Assembly: GCF_052425735.1 (NCBI RefSeq)
Contig: NC_135770.1
Coordinates: 35,960,001 to 36,024,000, forward strand
DNA from: Oculina patagonica
Lineage: Eukaryota
Length of the DNA stretch: 64,000 nt
Direction: 5' to 3'
In this document: positions 35,940 to 49,500 of the stretch, one piece after another
How the letters are laid out: every line of letters starts with the position of its first letter
How positions within the stretch are numbered: position 1 is the first letter of the stretch
Translations under genes and position numbers: made by a program
Notes under the pieces: model-generated
The model's input: only the letters and a program-made list of their open reading frames with translations
Database searches by the model: none
Told to the model about the DNA's origin: nothing

Positions 35940-37488
35940 ATGTTCTCTCTTTTGTGGCTTTTATATCTGTTTTTGACAAGCGCTGTAGTTGCATTTTTCA
36001 CCTTTGCGCTGTTCTTTCGAAAGGTGAGTCAATTCAAACCTCTTGCTCTGAATTTTTATGCAAGTTTTTTGTCGATCAAAGATCAGCTGAGCGCATGCTA
36101 TAGAACTTGTGATCAAGTTTGCCGCACAAATGATTCTTTCATAAAACTTCACAGGGAAATCTGCAAGATACGACACCTGCACAGGACAAAGTAAAATTCA
36201 TAAAGAAGGTGCGTGTTTTGATCATTAAAATGCTGTTTACTTCATTGTAATCAATCCTTGCATAATATTCAAAGCGAAATGATTCGAATCAAGAACGATT
36301 TGTGAATTTTGTAAGCTGCACCTTTCCTATGTTTACTAATTTTGATTTTCGTGACAAAATTATGTCTTTGCAATTGCTAATCATTTTACTAGTAAAAGAG
36401 TTTTTTATCAACTAAGTGTTGTTCATGAACAAGAAGTGCTTGTGTCGAAGAAACCTCAATAAATAATGGATTATTTAAATATTAATTGTATTCACCACAG
36501 CTGACATCAACGAGGATGACGTTTAGACACTTTGATCATGAACGTACTCACTAAACATTATCAACATTCTACAAAAAAAATCTATTGAGGACGATGTTAA
36601 ATTTTTTGCTAATAAAATGCTTGTCTTTGCAAGTACATACTTGCATCAGGCAGTTGCATCCAGTTATATGACATGTCATGACTTATTAAAACAACTTATT
36701 AAAAACTGTAGCAATGGTATTTTGCAATTCCTGCATTTTGATTGGTTAACAGGCAATGATATATGAGCTCATATACCATGGTCCATAAATATGGTAGATG
36801 TACGCATTAACAAGAACAGCCGGGGAGTTCAAATATTGCAATTCTTTGGGTGTTGTTAATAAAACAATAATTATTCCACTTGCACTTGTTGGATATGAGA
36901 TAGTTCTGGCCAACACAGCACTACGCGCCTCATTGGCTATCTACCATCTCATATCCAATCCGATCATGGAATTTTAATTATTGTTAAATATTCTGACTAC
37001 TAATAATTATCAATAAAAAATTGAGCATTGGACAGTGCACAAATTTCGAGGGTTTTGATGGGCTTAGCAATCACTTGACTCACTGGCCATTATACCACAT
37101 TCAACAATGGCTACTAAGAGTATTTCTCCTGTCTGTCATGCCAGTCAGTCAGTCAGTCATCAAATCAGTTCGTCAGGCAGGCAGTCAGTCAGTCAGTCAT
37201 CAAATCAGTCAGTCAGCCAGTCTGTCTGTCCGTCCATCCATCCACCCGCCTGTCCATCGGTCCATCTGTTCGTCAGTCAGTCAGCAAATCAGTCGATCAG
37301 TTAGTCAGCCAATCAGCAATCAATCAGTCAGTCAGTCAGTCAGTCAGCCAGCCAGCCAGCCAGCCACTCAGTCAGTCAGTCAGTCGTCAGTCAGTCATCA
37401 AATCAGTCAGTCAGTCAGTCAGTCATCAAATCAGTCAGTCTGTCCATCCATCCGTCCACCCGCCTGTCCATCAGTCAGTCCTTCTTTC

Positions 37489-37540
<52 letters not shown>

Positions 37541-40500
37541 CCTTTATTTGAGTGTCAAAACTGAAATAGCAGTAATAAATCACTAAATGGGGATACTATA
37601 GCAATCAGTCAGCCAGTCAGTCAGTCAGTCCGTCAGTTTAGTCAGTTCAGTCAGTCAGAAAATCAATCGATCAGTCAGTCAGTGAGTCACTCATCAAATC
37701 AGTCATCCAGTCTGTCCGTCTGTACATCCACCACCTGTCCATCAGTCCATCTGTCCGTCAGTCAGTCAGCAAATTAGTTGATCAGTCAGTCAGCCAATCA
37801 GCAAATCAGTCAGTCAGTTAGTCCGTCCATCCATCCGTCTGTCAACAACTAACTGTCTGTATCTGTTTCTTAGCATGTTCCTCCTACGAACTCAAAAGGC
37901 TGGCAACTCCAGACAGTTGATAGTGGTTTAAGAGTATGGCAAAAGGACTTGGGCAGCAGTGCACCTCCCTGGGTGCCAGGAATAATCTATGCATGTTCTG
38001 GAATCATTCCAGCATCCAAGAGGGTTAGAAGCAACTTTATAATACTATATTAAGTATTATGACTTAGCTAAATTGTGTTGAAAAGTGTTCATTTTCATAA
38101 TACCCCACATTTAGGTCTGCAATGTGTGCAGAGAGTGCAATCTGTAGAGAGGGCTACGTGTGGCTTTAGCCTTCTGTATACATTGTACATGTATACCTAA
38201 TTACTCAGTAGGAATTTTGATTCAGATTGGTAAGGTACACAAATAAGTACACATAAAAATTATATTGTGTATTAATTTTTGATCAACTATACACAACACA
38301 TGTGGCATTATTATAGCAATTTTTAACAATCATTTATTAATAATAATAATAAATTATTGGTCTTTAACAGGAAGTTATAAATATCCTAAAACAGCCTGGT
38401 CTGTTGATGGAGTGGGATCCTTCAGTAAAGGATGTGTCAAAGGTTACCATGGCAACCAATCAAGATGTCATCTCAGTCTCATTTAACTGCTCTAGTATCA
38501 TTGCAAGGACTGTCCGTCAGTTACGGGAATGTTTTGGTGGAGAGGTCAATGCAATTTATTCAAGGCAAGTTCACATACTACTGACATATTTTCCAATTTG
38601 ACGTGGATAGAGGACCTGCACGAAAACCAGCTAAAGCTGATATAGCTTCCTCTCTTCCTCCATGTAAATGTTGTTAAGTGACATGGTGAAAAAATCAATA
38701 ACTGTACATAAAGTGAAATTGCAGCTTGTGAACATTCAGTTTCCCAATCAGTGGTTTTCCTTCAATTTGTGACAGCTGGCAAAAAGTTGCTGACAGTTGC
38801 AGGACATGTCACAGCAACGTGGCAGGGTGATATAGTAATTAATATTTTATGGCTGTCAACAGAATTTATATTTTATTTCCAGCCTTGTGCAATTTTTCCT
38901 TAATTTATAAAGCGCAATGTTTTTAATTACAATGAACTGAAAGCTTATGTTAGTAAATTATTCTGAATCATTTTCTGATCATTTCCTTTTACTTTAAACA
39001 TTAAACACTGACAGATGCTGGGAAATAGACATGAAATCCAACTCCCAAGCATGGTTTATGAGTTCATTCATTGAACAAGTCATTCCTGCAGAAGGAGCAC
39101 TGTGGTCCTGCTTTCTAGTGTCGTCAATAGACAATGGTAGGATCTTTCACTGTAACGAGAGAAACTTTATTGTTTTGGTATATTGTTATTGATATTACCT
39201 TATAAGTTTAACCCATTGATAAGCGCTCCTCTTGAATAAGCGCCACACCTTCAACAGGGAAAATTAAATAAGTGCTGTGGCACTCAATTGATCCTTTTAA
39301 GTATTTAAACCTGTATTGTACTTTACAGGTGATGATGAACAAACCGAAAGTTTAGTAACGTTGGTTGTGGCCCCGGTTTCACAACTGTTTGCATCAATAC
39401 CACAGTTAACAGCAGGTAGAGTTGCAGGACTTCAAGATTACTTTACTCACTACAAACCTGACCAATCCCCTGCAAAGTCTGTTGGCTCGGAAGCCAGTAC
39501 CACAACTCTTTCGTCGTCTGTTAGTGACGATCATGTTAAAGATCTCAGGGTTCATCCTGCAACACCTTCAGGTCAGTGTTCAAAAAATTAAAAAAATATC
39601 ATACTGTCGTTTATTTAATAAGATTGCAACTTTCAAAATTGTACAAAATAAAATAATACAAAATTTTGCCAGGAGTTTAAATTTGTTTTGAAATTTAAAT
39701 TGCTTGCATTTAAAAGAATCCAGGACATAACAGGCCCATATCCACTTCCAACTTCTAGTGGAAATCAAGAAATGGAGTCGCAATTACAATCATAAGTGTG
39801 ACGGAATTGGAATCAGAAGGATTCCTTTTTCTTCTGTTTCCGTGGCTTCCGTTGTTTTGATTTCCACTAGATTGTATGGTTCTTATGCTTCCGCTTCTGT
39901 TTCCACTTACATTGTTTACATCGCTAGTGGGAACCAGCCCTTAAAGCCTTCTCAAGATATTCTGTTGGTACAATAGTTGTGCACTGTATAACACTTATGA
40001 CAAGCTGTAATATCACAGGAAAACTTATAGCAGATAATGATCAAGAGGATGCACAAGCAAAACTGACTGAACAAAAGGAAGTGACCAGGAACACAATGAG
40101 GGTATGAATGTAATATTATTTAGACAAAAAACCTAACATAGTGCTGCAGCTTGTTGGATTGAGAAATGGGCAGGGAGCTTCTTTTGTATTTGAAGATTGG
40201 TCGATTGCCTATATGGAGTAATTAGTCTGTATCTGAAGTTAACAAAATTATGTAACTTCCATATTTCCTTTGTCATTTAATTCTCTTTATAATCCACAGA
40301 GAAATGAATACACCACAAGTGATTCTCACATTCCTGACTTCTTAAGCAGGTAACTTGATGTGCATTAACTAAGGTAACTAACTATATATATACAACTATG
40401 TGGCTTATTGTAGATGCAACAATAAAATTACAGAAATATGATGATTAATTATATTTTCATGTAATTATAGTCAGCATGTGGAGAATTTGATTCAAAAACT

Positions 40501-43500
40501 TAATGAGGTATACGAGGCCACAGAGGGGACAGACAACTGGATTACTGTTGGAAATATCAAGTAAGTCACTGTCATTGATGACATCAGGCAATCTTTTTAT
40601 TAAAATGAATCTGATTTTCACAACCCAAGACTTCCTGGCAAGCTTGACCGTCTAGGAAAACTGTCACATTTCAAATGTCAGCTCACTGCTTATGTGTGGT
40701 TGGATGCAGTTTGCATAACAAATAATTTATTAATAATTATATTATTTAGGGAGGCATGGTGGCCTAAAGGTTAGACTGTGCTAGACTCTGGGTCAAATGG
40801 TCCAGGTTCGAGCCTTGGCCTGGTTTACTACATTGTGTTCAGATTGGGCAAGACATGATACTCTCATAGTGCCTCTCTCAAATCAGGTGTATAAATGAGT
40901 ACTGGTGAATGTGATACTGGGGGTATCCCTGTGATGGACTAACATATCCCATCCAGGGGGAGTAGAAATACTCACAGTCTCTTGGGCCTCTAGGCCCAAA
41001 TGCAGACTCGACCAACCCTATATACCTGTACCTTAATAATTATATTATTTTATCTTTGATAATTGCTAGGGGTGTTGACATTCTAAAACGGCCAGCTAGA
41101 GCTGGAGAGAGACCATGGGATTGCTTAAAAGGAACTTCAGTAGTGTGTGTACCAGTCCACTATGTTCTGGCCTATATATATTCACTGGATTACAGAGGAG
41201 AATGGGATGATCTCTTCCTAAAAGGTATTTCTTTTCAAGGGTAACTAATACAATTTTTATTGGTTGCCTGACAGGATCATCCTCAGAGACCCAGGGGCAG
41301 TTAGGCAGGGGGAAACAAAGTCTTCATTTTGCCCCGACCAACTGCTCCTGGGTCTCCGAGGATGGACATGATAATTTGTAGACTGAGTGGAAGCCAGATG
41401 AAACTATCATAGATGTAGTTGTAGTGATGTTACATATACAGTGGAATCCAGATTATTTTCTCAAACCTCCAAGGGATGTAAATTTTAGTTCAAGGAAACA
41501 GGAGTGTGAGAAACTTGAGGGTAAAATTGTAGTGTTTGACTTTGGGAAGCAGATCCAAGGGAAAGGAGTTTTGGTTCAAGTTATCAGAGGTTCGATAGGT
41601 TGAGAGTTTGAGAAATTAGGATGCCAAGCATAATATAATTTGTTTCAGGCTAATTCAGATTACGGGAAAACAAACTTGCTAAGTAATTTAAGTGGCGAAA
41701 AAAGGCTCTAGAAATTGAAGGAGCTACGTCACAGACAACAACAACAATCTTTTATTTCGTGCCCAGAAGAGTTTTACAATAAGTAAATACATGCAAAGAG
41801 AATAAACGGCATGCAGTACATGCAGAAGCGATGACGTTTCACAAAGGGTCTAACATTATTTTGAATTGTCAAAAACTCAACGTAAATAAAGGTAGCCGAC
41901 ACCTTGTGCGTGATAAAGACTGTTATCAAATTGTAGCGTACATTTTTTAAACCTAAGAAGCAATGTTGGTGATTGTCTGAATAGCATAGTTAGGATCTGA
42001 TGGATTTCAATTAAATACAGTAGTTATGAATGCACAGGCCAAGGATGCAAAGTTTATAATACATTTTCTTTGTAGATTTGCTCTTGAAATTGAACAACAG
42101 TAGATTGCGTTATATTGTAGTATGTCAAACGGTCTCTTGCTCACAGCGGCCCTGTATTTTATAGAATTAGAAATTTCTGTCTACTGAATCTTATAGATGC
42201 CATCATATAAAATTGAGTCTCTTTCGTTTATACGTTATGGTGTTCCATTCTGACTGCACGGGAGTATTTTGCTTACACATACGAACGAGTATCAAATCGC
42301 CATGACATGCCCTTGTCTACTTTTAACTTCTCTCGTTCTGTCTAGTTGCGCCAGAAAAATGGAAGAACTTGACTTAATCGCCGTTAAGGTTTCTTACCCA
42401 GGATTCAGGATATCGGGAATCGTTTTTACAAGCACAATAAGTACATATTTTAGTCGTGGTCATTCTGCTTGTACACTACCCACTATACAAGTATGTTCGG
42501 CAGATGTCCGAACTTTCGGTCTTTGTTTACCAAAAAAGTCACGTGACACTGCGTGACACTACACGTGAAATCTAAAGCCAAAGTGGTCAATTGAACAACA
42601 GTAGATTGCATTATATGGTAGTGTGTGACTTCCGATAAACGACATACGATACGCGGGAGCTAGGTTTTCAGCTGCGAGAAAGGTCAAACGGTCTCTTGCT
42701 CACAGTGGCCCTGTATTTTATAAGAATTTGAAATTTCTGTCTACTAAATCTAATAGATGCCATCATATAAAATTTAGCCTCTTTCGTTTATACATTGTGG
42801 TGTTCCATTCTGACTGCATGGGAGTATTTTGCTTTTGAGTTCTACGCGGCGATTTCTTGTTAAGTTAAACTTGATTTCTGTTCGATCGCGCGAAAACGAC
42901 AAAAAGACAAAAAGACAAAAGGACAAAAAGACAAAAAGATCCTGCTGGTCGGCTGCCTGCATAAAGCGATGACGTCATCAGCTACTCGTCATCGCTTAAA
43001 AATTTACAATAAAAAAAGAGCACAGCCACTTAGAAATAGCTAAGGCTAATCGAGCTAAGTGGCTGGGTCAAGCAGAAAAAAATATTGCAATAAAGTTACA
43101 GAGTATAAAAAAACGGGACACGATTTCCATTCACACACACACAGAGAACAAAAAAAGAAAAGTGTATGTGCACACACAAAAATGAAAAATAAAGTACATC
43201 AATGTACCAGTTAGTAGTTGGAGATAATCAATTCTTTTAAGAGATTTTTGAAACAAGCACGACTCTTAGATTTAAGTGAGTCATCAATGGAATTCCAAAC
43301 TTTAGCACCGAAAAAACGAATGTTAAATTTGCCGTAATGAAGACAACACATCTTGAAGAAATTGGCAAGTTTTTTCAAGTTTGTCAATCGTAATCTGTTT
43401 AAATCTTCCTCAGTCAAAACCATCCTTGTTTATTTTTGCATTTTTATTACTATTGTTGTTTTTCTATGTTAGACAACTATTATTTTGAGGTTTCCTTCAA

Positions 43501-46500
43501 TTTGAAAGTAATCAGAAAAATGACTTAAAATATCTTGACATTGCTCCTTTAAGCATACATGAAAAACAACAAAAAACAGAGGATTTATTGCAAAAGAAAG
43601 GGGCCCTATAGGCAAAACAAACCAATTTTTCACAAAATCTTAAGTTTTTTTATTTTGTAATCAACTTCAGTATCAAATTTTGAGCATCCTATACTCATGT
43701 CGTTTTCTAAAAATTCATTCATGTTAAAATGTGTTTGAATCTACCATTATTATTTTTTGAACTTCATTGTTAAAACACCTGTGATTACAGTATGTTGTCT
43801 ATGTTCTATAAGATTACTTTCTAACTAAACAATGGATGCTGTTAAATTATTTGATATTAAGCCTCCGATTGTTCTAGTATTGATTGTTGGAATTAAACAT
43901 CTTCCAGATGTTTAGTTTGCTGAGGAGCAACATGAGGAATGGCAAATAGGAAAACGGCAAGGGTTTCTGGAACAGGCTAATAAAAGCCCTTTGGTGAGGT
44001 CCTGTTGGAGCGGGAAGGGGGGGGGGGGGTATGCATGTTCCTCTGTGATAAATTACTATATGGTTGCTGAGTAACAAAAGTTCTCAAAATATAAATTCCA
44101 AGTCATACAAAGATTTACGAAAATATTTTAGCGCAACCCGTCATCAAAGTATCAAATCACAAATCTCAATTTACCGTAAAAAACCTACAATCCCCACCCC
44201 TACGAGGCTTTGCTCAGGAGAGGTTAATTAACTTGTCTTCGGTTTAAACAAATGGTAGTACATGTCGAGAGCAAAGGATAAATCTCTATTAGGGTCCTCT
44301 GGAAGTCTGTTAACGTCCAGTTCTTTGATGGTAAAATAATCCCCGAAAAGTTCATTCCTTAGCTCTTCGGATATGCTAGCCGGCGGGTCAAGTCCACGGT
44401 CGATCTCGTAGTGATGGCTTTCCACTATTAAGTTTCCATCGCACGCGAGAAGCGAATGCAAAAATTTGGTGTATTGTTTGCCTCGGTCTCCAGCTGATGG
44501 TACAATAGCAGACATGGATCCACGGTCCCAGATTGCGTCAAATTTCCCACCGACATCTTCCTCCCGGAGGGTAAACAAATCACAGCAAAAGATCGTGATC
44601 TGCTTCTCTTTGCACTTGTAGACTTCGGCTGGCTCGCCGCCTGCGGCCATTGTAACTGATTCTACCGTAAACGTCAGATTATTTTCTGTAAAGAAACTCT
44701 CAATCGCCTGCTTGGCTAGCTCCACTCCAACAACAGTATGCCCTTGATCAGCTAACCACAGCATGTCCACGGACTTGCCGCACAGTGGAACGAACACTCG
44801 TATGTTCGACCTTCCGCCTGTGAGCTCGTCAATGTATTTGATTAGGTATTCGTTTACTTCGGCTTCGTGCCAGGGAAGTTTACCTGCCTCCCAGAAATCC
44901 TTCCAAAATTTAGCTGTCGTTACTTCATGTTCTTCAGACATTTTTTTCGCAGGTTTACTAAAGGCGGAGACGGCGGAGACAGGATCTTCTCCGAATGCTT
45001 GGTAGCCACGCATAATACATTGAAAAATGGCGTCATGTTATATGTATCGAACTGTCCATTTTCTTGTGTGAAGAAGAAAGTCGGCACCCCGGTCACCGAG
45101 CATTCTTTTTCTTCTTTATTTTTGTTGGTGTCACCGCTTATTGGTATAATTGCTAATTGTAATTGGGCACACTGTGGTTAGTTTTATGTTAGGATGGTTA
45201 TCTCCACTTTCTCCCTTTCCGAGGATCATGTGCGTCTTTTTGTAATAAAATACTTATTTATTTTACAGGTGAAGTTGTCGAGCAGTATGACCCTATTTCG
45301 AAGGTAATCTTATGAAGCAAAATGTCCTTTGCCAATCAACATTTCTTTAGCCTACACCGCAGACGAAACTAAACCCTTATTTTCAGAACAACACCTGGTA
45401 TCAGGGTAATATCATGTGGTTATTTTTCGGAAAACTACAGTTTTCGTCGCAGCCGTTTATTGACTTGTCACGCAACGCTCCTTTGCGTGACAGATACCCC
45501 AGAAAACGACTGCAAAGGCGCCAGCAAATCTTGAGTGAGAAAATAAAATTAAGAAATTAATAAAGAAGGAGACCAGTGGGAGTAGGGTATAAGGTAAACT
45601 TACCCGTCGAAAATCATTCTTTATTGTTTATATGTATGGTGTAAAATTACAGTATTTTGTGCCATAAAATACGGAAAATATTATGCTAATACGAGGTATT
45701 TTGCCACAGGTGAGCCGGATGGAATATAAACCAGTATGGCCGGCCAGCGGTCGTGACTTCTGTAACTTAGTTCTTCTCAGAGAGTTTGCTGAAGGTGTTT
45801 TTGGCGTGGTAACTGAGGCGGTAGGTAATTCTACTGAAAGTCTTCACCGTGTCTAAAAATTAACTCATTCGCTATCTTTTCGCTGTAAATCGCACTGGTT
45901 TTCACAAGCGACGTTAGTACAAGCCCAAGCACTGCGGACGCAAGCATAACAGCCCTTTTTTCACCATAAAAGCGGCCTGGACGCAAGCATAAGCACAAGG
46001 ATAAAAATTTTTCCATTTCTAGTGCTTGCGCTTGTGCTTGCGTTCGCGTTAAACCGTGTGGAAACGAAACAAGGAAATTTACGACGTTTGGCCGTGTCTG
46101 CCTATTTAAAACACTCGTTCCAGATTCTCGCGCGTCTGAGCATTTGAGCCTTGTAAATAGAAGACATCGTGTTCTTATGCTTGTGCTTATATATGCCGGC
46201 TTATGTCGACGTTTGTTTTCAGTTGGCACGAACTTCTTATGCTGGCGCTTAGGCCTGCGTCGCTAGCTATTAGCGAAAACCAGGCTTTAGCAATACCATT
46301 GTTTGCTTGAGCTGATAAGAGAAAGAAGAATAACAGAACCTGGTACCAGTTCGTTTGACACAATGCCTGACTGAAAGTTTGCCATCCATTTCTTGATTTT
46401 AGTGAACACAACAAGACATGTTTATTCGTCGTCGAGTCGATATTACAAGATGGTGCAATATATAAACCACGTGATCGCCTAATTTGACTACATTAATAAA

Positions 46501-49500
46501 TTTACATAAATTATATGAAAATGTTTACAACGCTCCCCGGGGTTGCATCACGACTTAGTGATAAAACGTTTAACTCAACAGTCTAAATCTCAAAAGTCCA
46601 CAGTTCGATAAATGTCACAACTTTGTTGTTCACTGTTCGAAATGACACAATTTCATTGTATGTTTTCACTCCAATGTTCGCTGTTTGAAATGAAACAATT
46701 CCATCGCATGTTTTAAGCTCAATGTTCACTCAGAAACTTCGACAGGAATTAGGTCCTGTATCACTCTACGTAATACTTGTGGCTTTCGCTCTCCCTTGCC
46801 AGCAACTTTGACTTTTGCTGATTGAATCTGCCCATCTCTGCCTGGCAGCAGTTCTTCAATCTTTCCCAGTTTCCAAAATGTTCTTTTCTTTAGATCAGAC
46901 TTCACAATTACTATGTCACCTACTGAGATTGGGCTCTCCTTGTTTTGTTTCTTGCATCTCTCATTAGCACGTTCTCGTAGACTCAAAAGATACTCGTGTT
47001 GCCACCTTTTGGTAAACTGCTGTAGCAGTCGTTGGTGATGTTTAGCTCGCTTTGTCAAGGTCTGGTTAACACTAACAACTTGGAAATGCTGGTTACTGGG
47101 TTCATAAGTGATTCGTCTGCCAGTAATAAGATGAGAGGGCGTAAGTGGAGTCGAAATGGACTCTTCATCATCATAGACATACGTTAACGGTCGAGCATTT
47201 ACGATTTCTTGGATCTCCACCATTATGGTTTGTAACTCATCATAGTTTAATGTAGTGCGTCCCACTGTTTTCTTCAAGGGTTGCTTCACAACTTTAACCA
47301 TGCGTTCCCAAAAACCCCCCCACCAAGGGGCTCGCTCAATGATAAAGTTCCATGTGATGCGATTGTCAGTTAAGTATCGCATAACCTCGTCTGATCTTCC
47401 TTATATCTTTGGATGCGGATCTGAAGGTCTTGGCATTGTCTGACAGGAGGGTGACTGGTAATCCCTGGCGATTTACGAACCTCCGAAAGGCTAAGAGAAA
47501 TGATTCGACACTCAAAGAAGGTGTCAGTTCCAAATGAATCGCTCTTGTGGATGCACAAGTGAATAAGCAAATGTACACTTTGTCGGAGCCCTTTTCCTTT
47601 GAAGACTTTCCATTGTGTATGTACAGCGGTCCTATGAAGTCTAATCCTGTATGGGCAAACGGCGGGTCCAGAGACACTCGTTCCATTGGTAAATCTGGAG
47701 TCGTTGGTGGTCTATATGGAGCCCCTTCTACCCTCCTACAGGTGACACACTTTCGTAGAATTCGCTTCACAGCTTCTCGACCTCTTGGTACCCAGAATCT
47801 CTCTCGAATAGTGGTTAAGGTATCCTTGATGCCACTGTGTTTAATCTTGGAATGCACATCCTGGATGATGAGATTAGTAAGTGGGTGCTTGGATGGAAGT
47901 AAGATTGGATTCTTGCTTTCTTCAGAGAGCGGTGCATTGCTTACTCTTCCCTTACATCTGATGATTTGTTGGTCGTTAAGGAACAAGTTAAATTGCGTGA
48001 CATAGACAGGTGGGAATGTTCCTCTTTTGCTTTGCAGAAATTCGAGTTCTTTGGCAAATGAGGCTGTCTGTACAGTCTTGACCCACAGCATTTCAGCTTG
48101 ATTTAACTCTTGAGCATTAAGGTCGCGGGGGATACCTACAGCATGAATAAATTCATGAAGCAAAATTTTGCTTGACCTGCATCTTTTAAAACGCTTATTT
48201 CTCGGCAGTTATGGGTGCGATTAAGCTCAAATTTTACAGAGACATAAAGAAATGATAAAAGATTATGTATGTCATCTTTTATTTGGTAGATTTTTCTTAA
48301 CGGCGATGTAATAGCCACGTTAGTGCCAAATTGGGAAGAATATGATTTTGTGGCAGAGTTTGCGGAACGAGTAGGAGACAGCACACTGTGATCTTGTCAA
48401 AAACTAATCAGTCAATATCTCTAGAGTGTCACAACAGAAGCGGATTTTTTAATTTAAAATTTGCCACCAAGTTGTGGCGGTTTAAATGCGCAAATTTTAA
48501 TTTAATGCCTTCTACCTCTTTCTAAAAGCGCTCTTTTAAAATTCCGCCTCTGTTATGACACACTACAATCTCTATAGTTTACCTATCTGCAGTGGCAAGT
48601 CATGAAGTTCTGTATCCGCGCTGTATTCTCTGCCACAAAATTGTCGGAAAAGTCCAAACTATGAGATTTCCGAAGGTGTCCCGACCAAAACACGATCAGC
48701 TTCCAAAGGAGAGATGTAATTATAGTAATTATATTCCACGCTTTTATGATGAGAACAATGCGTTTTTATGAAGGACACGATTGTTCATGCCGAATATTAT
48801 TGTGATTTCTCTGAGTTGCAGAAACATTCAAATTTGAATAAAAACTAGCTCATAGACTTCCTACAATCTATATAAACGTATAACGCCAAACGTTGTTTTA
48901 AATTGGTTAAAATATCAAAGAAACAGGAATTTATTTACAAAAAAAAAAATCACGCGCACGCACCATATTTTTATCCAGTCATGAATATCTCGTAGAGTTG
49001 CCGATGTCAGTCGTTGCACTTCGTGCATACGCTTTAAATAAATGCATAATGATGAGGCTAAGGTGTCCCCCGCGACCTTAAGTTCCTTTCTTGATGACTG
49101 TTCCGGTGACTTGGGAGTTTCACGGTTTGATACACTCTTCTTAGCATTACATATGAACCGTAATATGTAGGCTGTCACGCGTAATAATCGTGTTACACTG
49201 CTGTATCGTTCAATGTCAATAACTTGACTGAGATTGACTGAATGGTCTTCGGACTCTGTCGTGACCAGAGAATGCGTGACACTTATAGGGTTCTTTACGA
49301 CTTCTTGAAGGGCTTCTTTGTTCTCAGACAATGCACTTGTTTGAGGCGACTCGGGCCAATGATCTCTTGATAACCTCAGAAACTTGGGCCCATTCCACCA
49401 TGTCTGGTTTTGTGCTAATTGCTCTCCTCCACATCCTCGTGATGGGAGATCAGCCGGGTTCAACTCTCCGGGACAGAAGTTCCAGTTGGCTTCATTAGAC

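Noticed and set aside
36501-37119. Candidate extra START-gene exons at 36501-~36543 and 37036-37119
   Set aside because: The first has a good acceptor but runs into a stop and lacks a good donor. The second is frame-compatible but has a weak acceptor. Left unresolved without transcripts.
37021-37551. 176-aa S/Q/V-rich ORF
   Set aside because: Mostly a translation of the (CAGT)n and (AAT)n microsatellites.
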